Shown here one piece after another: positions 11,928 to 21,931 of a stretch of DNA of 64,000 bases. The stretch is taken from NCBI GenBank assembly GCA_963695095.1, contig CAVOFT010000001.1, positions 3,424,001-3,488,000 of the forward strand, given 5' to 3'. The position numbers and the translations under genes were made by a program. The number at the start of each line of letters is the position of its first letter. The stretch's first letter is position 1. A model generated the notes under the pieces. The model worked only from the letters and a program-made list of their open reading frames with translations. It had not been told where the DNA came from and searched no databases. Source of the stretch: an uncultured bacterium. Its GTDB lineage: Bacteria; Krumholzibacteriota; Krumholzibacteriia; JACNKJ01.

Positions 11928-13117
11928 AGGAGTTCCGCTATCGAGCGCTCAGCGCGAGCGGCGAGACGGTGACGGGCATGCGTCAGGCTGCCAACGTGGC
12001 GGCGCTGGCCCGCGACCTCACTGCCCAGAACATGATCCTGATCGATGGGCGGCCCTCCCTGCGCCTGTTCGGCGGCGGCCGCGTGCGACGCCGCGATCTG
12101 CTCGATTTCACGCTGCACATGGCCACCTCGCTGGGAGCGGGCATCCCCGTCATCCAGGCTCTGCGCGACGCCGAGGCGGGCATGGCCGGCCAGGGTTTCG
12201 CGCGCGTGATCAAGGACCTGCGCGAGGAGATCAGCAGCGGCAGCCAGGTGGCCGAGGCGATGAGCCACCACCCGGACGTGTTCCCCCAGCTCTACCTGGC
12301 CCTCATCTCGGCCGGCGAGAGCTCGGGCAACCTGGACGGCACGCTCGCCGAGCTGGTGCGCTATCTCGAGTGGGCCGACGACCTGGAAGGCAAGGTGAAG
12401 CAGGCCCTGATCTACCCGGCGATCCTGGCCACGGCGACGCTGGGGCTATTCCTGCTCATGATCATCTTCGTTATTCCACGCTTCATGGAGGTCTTCCAGG
12501 AGCTGGACTACCAGCTGCCCACGCTCACCCTGCGCGTGCTGGCCACGGGCGCCTTCTTTCGCCATTGGTGGCCCTTCCTGTTCGGCGGCGTGGCGGCTCT
12601 CGTCACCGGGCTGCGCATGCTCGCCCGCAGCGAGCGCGGCCGCCTGGCGCTGGATCACCTGCTGCTCAATCTGCCCATCGTCGGCGGCTTCCAGCGCAAC
12701 CTGGCGCTGTCTCGCTTCGCGCGCAACTTCGCCATGCTCTTCGCTTCCGGCATCGACATCCTGCGCGTGCTCGCCCTGCTCGAGCGCGTGGTCGGCAACA
12801 GCGTGCTCGCCGCGGAGATCGCCACTGCGCGCCAGCGCGTGGTGACCGGCGACACCCTGTCTCGCGCCTTCGCCGACAGTCCCTACTTTCCGCCCTTGCT
12901 CAAGCGCCTGATCGGGGTCGGCGAGCAAGCCGGCAGCCTGGACAAGACACTGGCCAAGGCCGCCGAGTACCTGGACAAGGAGCTGCCGCGCGCGATCAAG
13001 CGCCTGTTCACCCTGCTCGAGGCGGCGATCATCGTCGTGCTCGGCGCGCTGATCGCGATCAGCGCGCTGGCGATGCTCCTGCCCATCTTCCAGATCCAGG
13101 GGCAGTTGATGAAATGA
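11924..13117 (+). CDS. GspF/PilC platform protein
   Basis: AGESSGNLD, ALIYP, VGEQAGSLD; 3 TM helices; ATGA coupling. Confidence 0.93.
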   Translation: MKEFRYRALSASGETVTGMRQAANVAALARDLTAQNMILIDGRPSLRLFGGGRVRRRDLLDFTLHMATSLGAGIPVIQALRDAEAGMAGQGFARVIKDLREEISSGSQVAEAMSHHPDVFPQLYLALISAGESSGNLDGTLAELVRYLEWADDLEGKVKQALIYPAILATATLGLFLLMIIFVIPRFMEVFQELDYQLPTLTLRVLATGAFFRHWWPFLFGGVAALVTGLRMLARSERGRLALDHLLLNLPIVGGFQRNLALSRFARNFAMLFASGIDILRVLALLERVVGNSVLAAEIATARQRVVTGDTLSRAFADSPYFPPLLKRLIGVGEQAGSLDKTLAKAAEYLDKELPRAIKRLFTLLEAAIIVVLGALIAISALAMLLPIFQIQGQLMK

Positions 13118-13941
13118 AGAAGACCCTGCGCACTCGTCGTAACTCGGGCTTCACGCTGCTGGAAGTCATCATCGCCATCGCCATCATCGGCATCATGATC
13201 GGCGCCGTGGCGCCGGTGGCGCATCGCCAGCTCGTGGCGGCCCGCGAGGATGCCACGCGCCTGGAGCTGGACCGCCTGCGCGCGGCCCTGGCCGCCTACT
13301 ACGAGGACATCGGCGCCTTCCCCGGCGAGGGCGTGGGCCTGGCCGCCCTCGTCGGCGCCAGCGGGCCCGCCGGCTGGCAGGGCCCCTACATCGAATCCGG
13401 CGGTGATGACCCCGCCGCCGCAGTGGCCAATGACGCCTTCGGCCAGCCCTACATCTACGATCTCGCGCCGAACGTGCTGCCGGCCGGCGCCGCCGACCTC
13501 ATCGTGGCCAGCCCCGGCGCCAATCGCCGCAATGAACTGCTGGCGGGCGGCACCTGGAATCTGGCCAACGCTGCGGCGGTGGACGACATCGCGCTCGCCA
13601 TCACGACCGGCCCGCTCGATCGAGACAAGCGCCTCGGCTCGCTCGCCGAACTGGAGGCTCTGGCCGGCGGCGCGCGGCGCCACTACCAGGACCACAGCAG
13701 CTTCCCCGCTGTGCTCGCGGACTTGTCGGGCAGCTACGTCGATCCCGGCTTCGCCAACGACAGCTTCGAGGACGACTGGCGACAGTCCTATCGCTCGCGC
13801 ATCGAGGCCCTGGGGGGCGGCGCCAGCCGCTTGATCCTCTGGAGCCTGGGCCCAAATCACACGGATGAAAACGGCACCGGCGACGACCTCAGCTACGAGG
13901 TCAACAGCAGCGCGATTCCGCCGCCGGGGGGTAGCCCGTGA
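13114..13941 (+). CDS. Pilin/pseudopilin with two GspG-like globular repeats
   Basis: MKKTLRTRRNSG|FTLLE start at 13114 (ATGA overlap); WQGPY..DAFGQPY..SPGAN, then DDWRQSY..SLGPN..GDDL. Confidence 0.82.
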   Translation: MKKTLRTRRNSGFTLLEVIIAIAIIGIMIGAVAPVAHRQLVAAREDATRLELDRLRAALAAYYEDIGAFPGEGVGLAALVGASGPAGWQGPYIESGGDDPAAAVANDAFGQPYIYDLAPNVLPAGAADLIVASPGANRRNELLAGGTWNLANAAAVDDIALAITTGPLDRDKRLGSLAELEALAGGARRHYQDHSSFPAVLADLSGSYVDPGFANDSFEDDWRQSYRSRIEALGGGASRLILWSLGPNHTDENGTGDDLSYEVNSSAIPPPGGSP

Positions 13942-15419
13942 TCCGGCGCGCTGAAGCCTACTGCCTCGCCGCCCATGCCGAGGGCTTCCTGGCCCTGTCG
14001 CTCGGCCGCGGGGAGGCCGGCGGCTATCGGGTCAACTGGCTCGAAAGCCTGCCTGCCGGACGGCCCGGGGCGGCGCCGCACTGGCGCGAGCTGACTCGCG
14101 CGAGCCGCCGCCTGCTCTTGCTGCTGCCCAACGATAGCTGCCAGCTCTTCCACGCGCGCTTGCCCGAGATGAAGCCCGAGCTGCAGCGCCTGGCCGTGGC
14201 CGGCATGCTGCAGAAGCAGCGAGGCGGCAACCCCGATCACTGGAGCGTCGCCGTCCGTCGCCGCGAGGGCAGCAAGGGCGCGGACGGCCGCCTGCTCGTG
14301 ACCGGCCTGGCCCTCGAACGGCCGGCCCTGGGCAAGCTGCTGCAGCCGCTGGCCGGCAGCGACCTCTATCCCGGCCTCGGCCTGCCCCAGGCCCTGGCGC
14401 TGGACGCCCTCCTGCGCCGCGAGCTGCGCGACGCAGAGCCGGGCAGCGGGGCCTGGAACCTCGTCTTCCTTGGCCGCGAGGAGCGCTTCCTCGTCATCGG
14501 CGATGCGCAAGGACCACACCTCGTGCGGTCCCTGCCGGCCGACCTCTCGGGCGGCACGGACCGCGACGAGTACCTGGAGCGTCTGGGCACGGAGATCGAG
14601 CGCTCCCACTTCTTCGCCCAGCAGGGCGAGCAGGGGACGCGCGTCGAGCGCGCACTGGTCTGCGGAGACCCCGAGTTGTCCGCGCACCTCGTGCAGCGCC
14701 TGGCCAAGGCCGACGGCCTGCTCGCCCAGCACTGGCAGCCCGAGCAGAACTTCAAGGTGGCGGACGCGGCGGCGAGCTGGGAATTCCTGCCCGTCCTGGC
14801 CGGCGCGGCGGCGGCGCTCGAGGGCGCGCTCTTCAACGTCATGCCCCGGCGCCGGCAAGACGGCGCCCTCTGGCACCTGCGCCGCTACGCGATCACCGGT
14901 GGCGCCGCCTGCTGCCTGGGCATCCTGCCCCTCGTCGGCGGCGGCGGCGAGCTCACTCGCCACCTGCAGTCTCAGGTGCTCGAGCAGCAGACACTGCAGC
15001 TGGAGCAGAGCCGGCTGGCAGCCGAGGCCGCCGCACGGAACTACGTCAAGCAGGTGGGGCTGCTGGCGCGCCAGGCGCAACTCGATCGCTACTCGCCGGA
15101 GGAGACCCCGCTGGGGCCCCTGCTCCGGGACATCGCCGCGCGTCTGCCCGGCCCGGTGCAGCTCGTGGACCTGGACATCGTTCGCGACGAGAACGGCGTC
15201 TACCGGGTCACCCTGCGCGGGGAGAGCCGCGGGCGCACGGGCGAACAGGCCCAGGCAGCCTTCCTCCAGTTTCACGCCGCCCTGGCGGGCACGCCCTTTC
15301 TCGAGGGCGGCGCCGAGCCCATCGTGCTCCAGATCGATGGCGAGCGCGACGACGAGGGCAGCGAGTCGCGCGTGAGCTTCGAGCTGCGCTACCGCTTGCC
15401 GGCAGAGGTGAAAGGATGA
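13938..15419 (+). CDS. PilM/PilN (GspL/MshI)-like fusion protein
   Basis: Operon position; EIERS.....Q motif, then FNVMP, a TM segment, coiled coil and a ferredoxin-like C-terminus. Confidence 0.6.
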   Translation: MIRRAEAYCLAAHAEGFLALSLGRGEAGGYRVNWLESLPAGRPGAAPHWRELTRASRRLLLLLPNDSCQLFHARLPEMKPELQRLAVAGMLQKQRGGNPDHWSVAVRRREGSKGADGRLLVTGLALERPALGKLLQPLAGSDLYPGLGLPQALALDALLRRELRDAEPGSGAWNLVFLGREERFLVIGDAQGPHLVRSLPADLSGGTDRDEYLERLGTEIERSHFFAQQGEQGTRVERALVCGDPELSAHLVQRLAKADGLLAQHWQPEQNFKVADAAASWEFLPVLAGAAAALEGALFNVMPRRRQDGALWHLRRYAITGGAACCLGILPLVGGGGELTRHLQSQVLEQQTLQLEQSRLAAEAAARNYVKQVGLLARQAQLDRYSPEETPLGPLLRDIAARLPGPVQLVDLDIVRDENGVYRVTLRGESRGRTGEQAQAAFLQFHAALAGTPFLEGGAEPIVLQIDGERDDEGSESRVSFELRYRLPAEVKG

Positions 15420-16069
15420 AGCTCGCCTTGCCGCCGCGCCTCCTGAAGCCGCCCGTGCTCATCGCCCTGGGCGCCCTGCTCTGGCTGCTCGCCATCTCCT
15501 TCTTCGTCTGGCCCTCCCTGCGCACCAGCAGGCAGCAGGCGGCGGAGATCAGCGCCTGCGACGCCCGCGCGGCCAGCCTTGCCCGTTGGAATGGCGGCCG
15601 CGCTCTGCCGGCCGCCGAGGCGGCGCGCTGGGAAGCGACGCTCGGCGCGCGCTTCGAGCAGCTCTTCCCCCGCGAGCGTCGCCTGGAGCAGCTCTTCATG
15701 GAGATCGCGACCATCGCCAACGAGAGCGGGGTCGATCCCGTGCAGTTGCGCGCGGACATCGGCGCCGCGGCCGACGGCGAACGCAAGGGCGAGTTGCGCA
15801 GCGCGCGCGGCACGGCCGTCCAGCTCGAAGACCTGGAGGCCCTGGCCGCCACGCTCGGCCTCGCGCCCGGCGACCGCCCCGTCAGCGATCTGCGCGCCTA
15901 CCGGCTGCAGGTCAACTTCGATGCCGACTACGAGCATCTAGCCCGTTTCACCGATGCCCTCGGCACGCTGAGCCGGGCTGTCTGCATTCGCAATCTGCAA
16001 GCGCGTCGCGGTAGCCGCGGCGTCGCCGTGCAGATGGAGCTGGAGTACTATGTCCAGGAACGGAACTAG
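15416..16069 (+). CDS. PilO/GspM/MshJ-like protein
   Basis: N-terminal TM, coiled coil, C-terminal ADYEHLARFTDALGTLSRAVCIRNL. Confidence 0.7.
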   Translation: MKLALPPRLLKPPVLIALGALLWLLAISFFVWPSLRTSRQQAAEISACDARAASLARWNGGRALPAAEAARWEATLGARFEQLFPRERRLEQLFMEIATIANESGVDPVQLRADIGAAADGERKGELRSARGTAVQLEDLEALAATLGLAPGDRPVSDLRAYRLQVNFDADYEHLARFTDALGTLSRAVCIRNLQARRGSRGVAVQMELEYYVQERN

Positions 16070-16607
16070 GATCACCCAGGATCCCCGCCTGATGCTGGCC
16101 GTCCTCGCGGTACTCGCCGGCTTGTTGGCCATCAACTTGCGCGAGTTCCTGCCCCAGGGCGCCGCCGCTGATCTCGCCATCGCTGCGGATGCGGAGACGC
16201 TGCCGCCCCCCGGCGATCTCAAACGCGTCGGCGCGGCCCTGCGGGCCTGTCTCGCCGCCAGATCCGACAGTCTGGCCTTGCCCCGGCCGCCGACCTTCGC
16301 CCGCAATCCCTTCGCCTACAGCGCGGCCACGCTGGCCTTCACGCCGCCCAGCGCGCCGCCGATCGCCCCCCCTCGCAGCGCGGAGGGCCCACAACTGCGC
16401 TGCTCGGCGGTGATCCTGGGCGCGAGCGTCGCGTCCGCCATCATCGACGGCCGCCTGGTCGGCCTGGGCGACGCCCTCGGCGGCTACCGCGTCGTGGACA
16501 TCAGCGCCGAAGGCGTCACGCTGCAGGCCGAGGGCCGCACGCGGGTGCTGGCGGTGAAGCGGACGCGGGGCGAGGGCGCCGTGGGCGTCCCCATCGCCCG
16601 AGACTGA
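16050..16607 (+). CDS. MshK/PilP/GspB-like pilus accessory protein
   Basis: TM, RNPF motif, Pro-rich linker, AIIDGRLVGLGDALGGYRVVDI. Confidence 0.6.
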   Translation: MSRNGTRITQDPRLMLAVLAVLAGLLAINLREFLPQGAAADLAIAADAETLPPPGDLKRVGAALRACLAARSDSLALPRPPTFARNPFAYSAATLAFTPPSAPPIAPPRSAEGPQLRCSAVILGASVASAIIDGRLVGLGDALGGYRVVDISAEGVTLQAEGRTRVLAVKRTRGEGAVGVPIARD

Positions 16608-16643
16608 GCTTGCCCGCGTGCGCGGGCCCGAAAGGATGAACGC

Positions 16644-18167
16644 ATGAGGATTCACGCCGCCCTCTCGCTTATCGCGCTCGCCCTGCTCACGTCGGGCCGT
16701 GCCAGCGCCGACATCGATTTCGCCATCCGTCAACTCGTGACGGAGGCTGCCCCGGCCGCCGCACCGGCGCCCGCGGCCACCAGCGAGGTCGCCGAGCCGC
16801 GCGTCACGCTGATCACCGGCGACTGGGTGGACATCCGCGAGGTGCTCAAGACCGTCGCCAAGAGCGGCGGCTACGGCCTGCAGATCGCCCCCGATGTCGA
16901 GGGCCAGGTGAACGTGCACCTGGATAACGTCGCCTTCGGGGCGGCTCTGCGCGCGCTGCTCGAGCCCATCGACCTCGGTTACGAGCTGCAGGACGGCACG
17001 CTGCTGGTCTACCGGCGGGGACTGGTGACGCGCTGGTTCAACTTCGACTACCCGGTCACGCAGCGCGAGGGCAAGGGCGAGCTGCGCATCTCCGGGCGCG
17101 GACAGAGCCAGAGCGCGGGGGGCGGCAGCCAGGATCAGAACGAGAGCCACGTCACCAGCAGTGCGGCGATGGCGATCTGGCCGGAGATCATGCAGGCGCT
17201 GGAGACCCTGGTCTTCGACCAGAACCGCAGCGAGTCGGCGGCGGCGAACACGGGCCAGTCGCTCAGCATGGCCGACGGCGAGGGCCGCTCCCTGCTCGTG
17301 AGCCCGATGGCGGGAGTGATCCAGGCCACGGCAGAGGTCACGCGCCTGCGCCAGGTGGAGGGCTACCTCGACCGCATGCGCAGCGCGCTGAGGCGGCAGG
17401 TGGCGATCGAGGTGAAGATCCTCGAAGTGGCCATGAGCGACGAGGAGCGCAGCGGCATCGACTGGACCGCCGTGGGCGATGAGGACGGCGTCTCGGTGCA
17501 GGCTCGCCAGCGCACCGCCGAGGGCCTGGGCAATCCCTTCTTCGACTTCGTGATCAGCGGCAGGTCGGTGTCCGGCCTGATCGAAGCCGTGAGCAAGCAG
17601 GGCACGGTCAAGGTGATCAGCACGCCGCGCATCACGACCCTGAACAACCAGAAGGCCGTGGTGCGCATCGTCACCGAGGAGGTCTTCTACGACGCTCAGG
17701 TGGAGCCGCCCGTGGTGACCAACGGCGTCATCACGCCGGCGGTGATCGCCTACTCGGCCAACATCATCCCCATCGGCTTCGTTCTCGACGTGACGCCGCA
17801 GGTGGGCCTGGACGAGATGATCACGCTCAACGTGCACCCGACGGTGACGGACATCCTGCGCATCGAGCTGAGCCCCAACGAGGACTCGGCGCCCGTGCTC
17901 AGCGTGCGCGAGCTGGACACCGTGGGCAAGGTGAGGGACGGCGAGACCCTGGTCATTGCCGGCTTCGTGACCCACAGCACGAACGACCAGCAGCACGGCG
18001 TGCCCTTCCTCAAGGACCTGCCCTACATCGGCCGCCTCTTTCGCCGCACGGTGACCAAGCAGATCGAGACGGAGATGGTGATGCTGCTCACGCCGGTGAT
18101 CCTGGACGCCGAGCGGGCGGCGGCCTGGACGGAGCAGGCCGAGCGAAGCCTGGGCGAGAGATTCTAG
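16644..18167 (+). CDS. Secretin (MshL/GspD/PilQ family)
   Basis: Signal peptide, RQVAIEVKILEV, STPRITTLNNQKA, GVPFLKDLPYIGRLFR, EMVMLLTP. Confidence 0.93.
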   Translation: MRIHAALSLIALALLTSGRASADIDFAIRQLVTEAAPAAAPAPAATSEVAEPRVTLITGDWVDIREVLKTVAKSGGYGLQIAPDVEGQVNVHLDNVAFGAALRALLEPIDLGYELQDGTLLVYRRGLVTRWFNFDYPVTQREGKGELRISGRGQSQSAGGGSQDQNESHVTSSAAMAIWPEIMQALETLVFDQNRSESAAANTGQSLSMADGEGRSLLVSPMAGVIQATAEVTRLRQVEGYLDRMRSALRRQVAIEVKILEVAMSDEERSGIDWTAVGDEDGVSVQARQRTAEGLGNPFFDFVISGRSVSGLIEAVSKQGTVKVISTPRITTLNNQKAVVRIVTEEVFYDAQVEPPVVTNGVITPAVIAYSANIIPIGFVLDVTPQVGLDEMITLNVHPTVTDILRIELSPNEDSAPVLSVRELDTVGKVRDGETLVIAGFVTHSTNDQQHGVPFLKDLPYIGRLFRRTVTKQIETEMVMLLTPVILDAERAAAWTEQAERSLGERF

Positions 18168-18256
18168 CGCCCTTGCGGGAGCACCGGCCGAGGGGCTAGG
18201 CTGGAGCGTCCGGTGCGAAGGCGCCGGCGCCGAGCCCAAGCCCTTGCGAGCCTGCC

Positions 18257-19981
18257 GTGAAGCCTCGTCTGCTCATCCCCGTGCTGCTCGTCCTCGCCGT
18301 CGTCGCCGTCTACGGCCCGACCCTGGGCTTCGACTTCGTCAACTTCGACGACCCCGACTACGTGAGCGAGAATCCCATCGTCCAGCGCGGGCTGAGCGGC
18401 GAGGGCCTGCGCTGGGCCTTCACCACGTATCATGCGCAGAACTGGCATCCGCTCACCTGGGTCTCGCTCATGCTCGACGCGCAGCTCTTCGGAGCGAAGA
18501 GCGCCCGCGGCTTCCACCTGACGAACCTGCTGCTGCACGCCCTGAACGCCCTGCTGCTCTTCTGGCTGCTGCGCGCGCTGACCGGAGCGAGCTGGCGGAG
18601 CGGCCTCGTGGCGGGCCTGTTCGCCCTGCATCCCCTGCACGTGGAGTCCGTGGCCTGGATCGCCGAGCGCAAGGACGTGCTCAGCCAGGCCCTCGCCCTC
18701 GGCGCCACCCTGGTCTGGCTGCGCTGGGCGCGCGGCGGCCGCACGCGCGACTACGCGATCGCGCTCGCTCTGCTGGCCCTCGGTCTCATGGCCAAGCAGA
18801 TGCTGGTCACGCTGCCCCTGCTCTGGCTGCTGCTGGACTTCTGGCCGCTGGGCCGGCTCTGCAGCGCGGCCACGCGGCGGCAGGCGGCGGGGGTTGCGCG
18901 GCGCCAGGCTCTGCTCGAAAAGCTGCCCGCGCTGGCCCTCAGCGCCGGCGCCATCGCGCTCACCCTGGGCGCGCAGACGCGGCGCGCGGCGCTGCTGCCC
19001 CTCGACGATCGGCTCGCCAATGCGGCCGTGGCCTACGCGCGCTACCTGGGCAAGCTCTTCTGGCCGCATCCGCTCTCGGCGCTCTACCCGCACCCTGCGA
19101 TGGCGGGCGGGGAGCCCCTGGCCACCTGGCAGGTGGCGGGCGCAGCGCTCCTGCTGCTCGCCCTCAGCGCTGCCGCCTGGCGCTGGCGGCGCGAGGGCTG
19201 GCCCCTCGTCGGCTGGTTCTGGTTTCTGGGCGCGATGCTGCCCGTGATCGGCGTCGTGCAGGTGGGCGAGCAGGCCATGGCCGACCGCTACGCCTACCTG
19301 CCCTACATCGGGCTCTACATCCTCCTGGTCTGGGGCGCTGCCGCCCTGGTGGAGCGCGGGGGCAAGCGCTGGCGCGAGCCAGCGATCGTGCTGACCCTGC
19401 TCGCGCTCGGCGCCTGCCTGATCGGCGCGCGGGCGCGGGCGGGCGTCTGGCGGGACAGCCTGACCCTCGGCGAGAGCGCCGCAGCGGTGGCGCCCGTACA
19501 TCCCAAGATGCTCTACAACCTGGGCCTGGCCTATGCCGACCTCCACCGCTACCCCGAGGCCGCGGGCAGCTTCGCAGCCGCGATCGCGATCGCGCCGGAC
19601 TACGCCAAGGCGCTGAACAACCTGGGCCAGACCTACGAGGCCATGGGCAAGCTCGATGGGGCACGAGGGGCCTATGCAGCGGCCCTCGCCAAGGATCCCG
19701 ACTTCCTCCTCGCGCACGTGAATCTGAGCCGTCTCCTGGCGAAGACGGGCGACCTCGCCGGCGCCATCGAGGCGCGCCGCCGGGCGGTGGCCCTCGACCC
19801 CGAGGACGCCGCCGGGCGCAACAACCTGGGCGCCCTGCTGGCGCAGGCGGGACGGCTGGACGAAGCCGTGACGCAGTTCCGCGCCGCGCTGGCCATCGAG
19901 CCCGGCAACGCCGAGGCGCGGCGGAATCTGGAAATGGCGCTGCGCCTGATTGCGCAGCAGCGCAGCGCGCCGCAGCCCTAG
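18257..19981 (+). CDS. TMTC-like GT-C membrane glycosyltransferase with C-terminal TPR repeats
   Basis: NFDDPDYV, WHPLTW, LFALHPLHVESVAWIAERKDVL, MADRYAYLP, followed by TPRs. Confidence 0.85.
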   Translation: MKPRLLIPVLLVLAVVAVYGPTLGFDFVNFDDPDYVSENPIVQRGLSGEGLRWAFTTYHAQNWHPLTWVSLMLDAQLFGAKSARGFHLTNLLLHALNALLLFWLLRALTGASWRSGLVAGLFALHPLHVESVAWIAERKDVLSQALALGATLVWLRWARGGRTRDYAIALALLALGLMAKQMLVTLPLLWLLLDFWPLGRLCSAATRRQAAGVARRQALLEKLPALALSAGAIALTLGAQTRRAALLPLDDRLANAAVAYARYLGKLFWPHPLSALYPHPAMAGGEPLATWQVAGAALLLLALSAAAWRWRREGWPLVGWFWFLGAMLPVIGVVQVGEQAMADRYAYLPYIGLYILLVWGAAALVERGGKRWREPAIVLTLLALGACLIGARARAGVWRDSLTLGESAAAVAPVHPKMLYNLGLAYADLHRYPEAAGSFAAAIAIAPDYAKALNNLGQTYEAMGKLDGARGAYAAALAKDPDFLLAHVNLSRLLAKTGDLAGAIEARRRAVALDPEDAAGRNNLGALLAQAGRLDEAVTQFRAALAIEPGNAEARRNLEMALRLIAQQRSAPQP

Positions 19982-19982
19982 G

Positions 19983-20873
19983 CTACCAGAGCCGCGGGCG
20001 CACGCCGGCCAGCCCATGGCGGTCCAGGCTGCGCGTGCGCTCGTCGTCGAGCTGCGCGAAGTCCCAGTTCATGCCGCGGCGGAAGGGAATGCTCTCGCCC
20101 TCGCCGCGCCGCGCGCGCAGGAGACAGCGGTCGGGCTTGTAGAAGCGCAGCTCCGCGCCTGCAAAGCCCATGTACTCGCACATGTCCTCGATGCAGAGCG
20201 CCGAGGGCTTCCACCACATGCCGCCCACGTAGCGACCGAAGTCGGCGAAGCTGCGCTTCTTGTCGTCCACGGCCGCGGTCTCGATGAGCAAGGTGGCACC
20301 GGGTTTCAGCAAGCCGCGCAGCAGGTAGAGACCCACCAGCATGTCGCTGAGGTGGTAGAGCACGCCGCTGAGCAGGATGAGGTCCAGGCTGGCCGGCGCC
20401 ACGTGCTCGCCCACGCGGTAGAGCGAACTCTGCCGGGTGCTCACGCGCGACTGGCCGAAGGTCTCGCAGAGGAATCGACATTGAGCGAGGTGTCCGGGCA
20501 GCTCGTCCACCGCCAGCACCTCGGCGCCGCGCGCGGCCATCAGCAGGCTGTGGCCGCCGGTGAAGCAACCGATGTCGGCCACGCGCAGCCCGGCGAGATC
20601 CCGCGGCCACCAGCCCCAGGCGTCGTAGAGGCCGGCGATCTCCAGGTACTGCACGCCGAGGAAGCCCTCCTTGCGGAAGGGGCCGAAGTCGATCGTCTGG
20701 CCCCAGCCGTACTGGGCCTCGCGCTCCAGTTCGGCGAGGCGCGCTTCGATTCGAGCCCGCTCCGCGGGCGCCAGGTCGGCGGGCAGGGAGAGCGGCCACG
20801 GCGCCAGCGCGCGCGGATAGCTGCCCTTGCCGAAGTGGCGGCGGATCTCCCAGGCGAACTCGGAGAGGGTCAT
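19983..20873 (-). CDS. Class I SAM-dependent methyltransferase (CmoB/DUF1698-like)
   Basis: VADIGCFTGG, SGVLYHL, LKPGATLLIET. Confidence 0.75.
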   Translation of the reverse strand: MTLSEFAWEIRRHFGKGSYPRALAPWPLSLPADLAPAERARIEARLAELEREAQYGWGQTIDFGPFRKEGFLGVQYLEIAGLYDAWGWWPRDLAGLRVADIGCFTGGHSLLMAARGAEVLAVDELPGHLAQCRFLCETFGQSRVSTRQSSLYRVGEHVAPASLDLILLSGVLYHLSDMLVGLYLLRGLLKPGATLLIETAAVDDKKRSFADFGRYVGGMWWKPSALCIEDMCEYMGFAGAELRFYKPDRCLLRARRGEGESIPFRRGMNWDFAQLDDERTRSLDRHGLAGVRPRLW

Positions 20874-20898
20874 CGGGGCTCCAGACGCGGCCTGCGCC

Positions 20899-21870
20899 CT
20901 AGTCGTCCCAGTGCAGCGGCATCAGGCGCAGGTACTCGGTGGTGTTCTCCTTGCGCTCGAAGTCCTTCCATACCCGCTCGACCTGCTCGGGCAGCAGGTC
21001 CATGGCCTTCGCCGTCTCGGCCAGCGGCACCTGCTGCTTCCAGGCGTGGTGCAGCAGGTCCATCGTCAAGAAGGGCAGGCTGTAGTAGAAGTCCTCCTGC
21101 GTGGTCTCCATCGAGTAGGTGTCGGTGGTCGGCGTGCGCTGCAGGATCTCCTCGGGCACCTTCAGCGCCCGCGCGAGCTGGTAGACCTGCGTCTTGTAGA
21201 GGTGCGCGATGGGCTTGAGGTCCGCGCCGCCGTCGCCCCACTTCACGAAGAAGCCCTGGTCGTGCTCGTTGCGCTGGCCCGTGCCCACCACCGCGTAGTT
21301 CCGCTGCTCGCCGTGGTAGTAGAGCATCAGCATGCGCACCCGCTGCTTCATGTTGCTGGCGGCGACGATCTGCAGGTACTCCTTGGGCGGGATGCGTTTG
21401 GTCTCGCGGCGGCCGTCCGGGTACTCGATGTTCATGCGGAAGATGTTGAGGCGATCCTGCACGAGGATGTTCGCCGGCAGCACGATGTTGAACTTGCACG
21501 CGGGCGTGTAGTCGGGGAAGACGCGCTTCACCGCTTCGTCCCGGCGCGGGTAGCACTTGAGGCCCGTGAGCGCCGGGGTGAGGTTTTCCAGGATCAGCTC
21601 GAAGCCGTACTGCTTGGAGAGGTCCTTCGCCAGCTCGTAGCTCACGGGGCTCGAGTCCTGCTCAGGCATCGCGACGCCCAGCACGCGCTCGGGACCCAGC
21701 GCCTTGCAGGCGAGGGCCACCACGGTGGAGCTGTCGATGCCACCGCTCACCCCGATCACCGCGCCCTGGCGGTTCAGCCGGCGGGTGATCTGGCGCTCGA
21801 CGATGCCGGCCAGCTCGGTGGCGGCCTTCTCGGCGTCCAGGGAGAGGATATCCTTGTGAAAGCGAGCCAT
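20899..21870 (-). CDS. nadE: NH3-dependent NAD+ synthetase-like protein
   Basis: SGGIDSS PP-loop, NMKQRVRM, FFVKWGDG, LYKTQVYQLA, TPTTD. Confidence 0.85.
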   Translation of the reverse strand: MARFHKDILSLDAEKAATELAGIVERQITRRLNRQGAVIGVSGGIDSSTVVALACKALGPERVLGVAMPEQDSSPVSYELAKDLSKQYGFELILENLTPALTGLKCYPRRDEAVKRVFPDYTPACKFNIVLPANILVQDRLNIFRMNIEYPDGRRETKRIPPKEYLQIVAASNMKQRVRMLMLYYHGEQRNYAVVGTGQRNEHDQGFFVKWGDGGADLKPIAHLYKTQVYQLARALKVPEEILQRTPTTDTYSMETTQEDFYYSLPFLTMDLLHHAWKQQVPLAETAKAMDLLPEQVERVWKDFERKENTTEYLRLMPLHWDD

Positions 21871-21931
21871 GAGCGTCTCCTTGCGGGGGGCGTCGGCGGG
21901 AGTGTGGGTGGGGCGCGGCCCCGGTCCTCGG

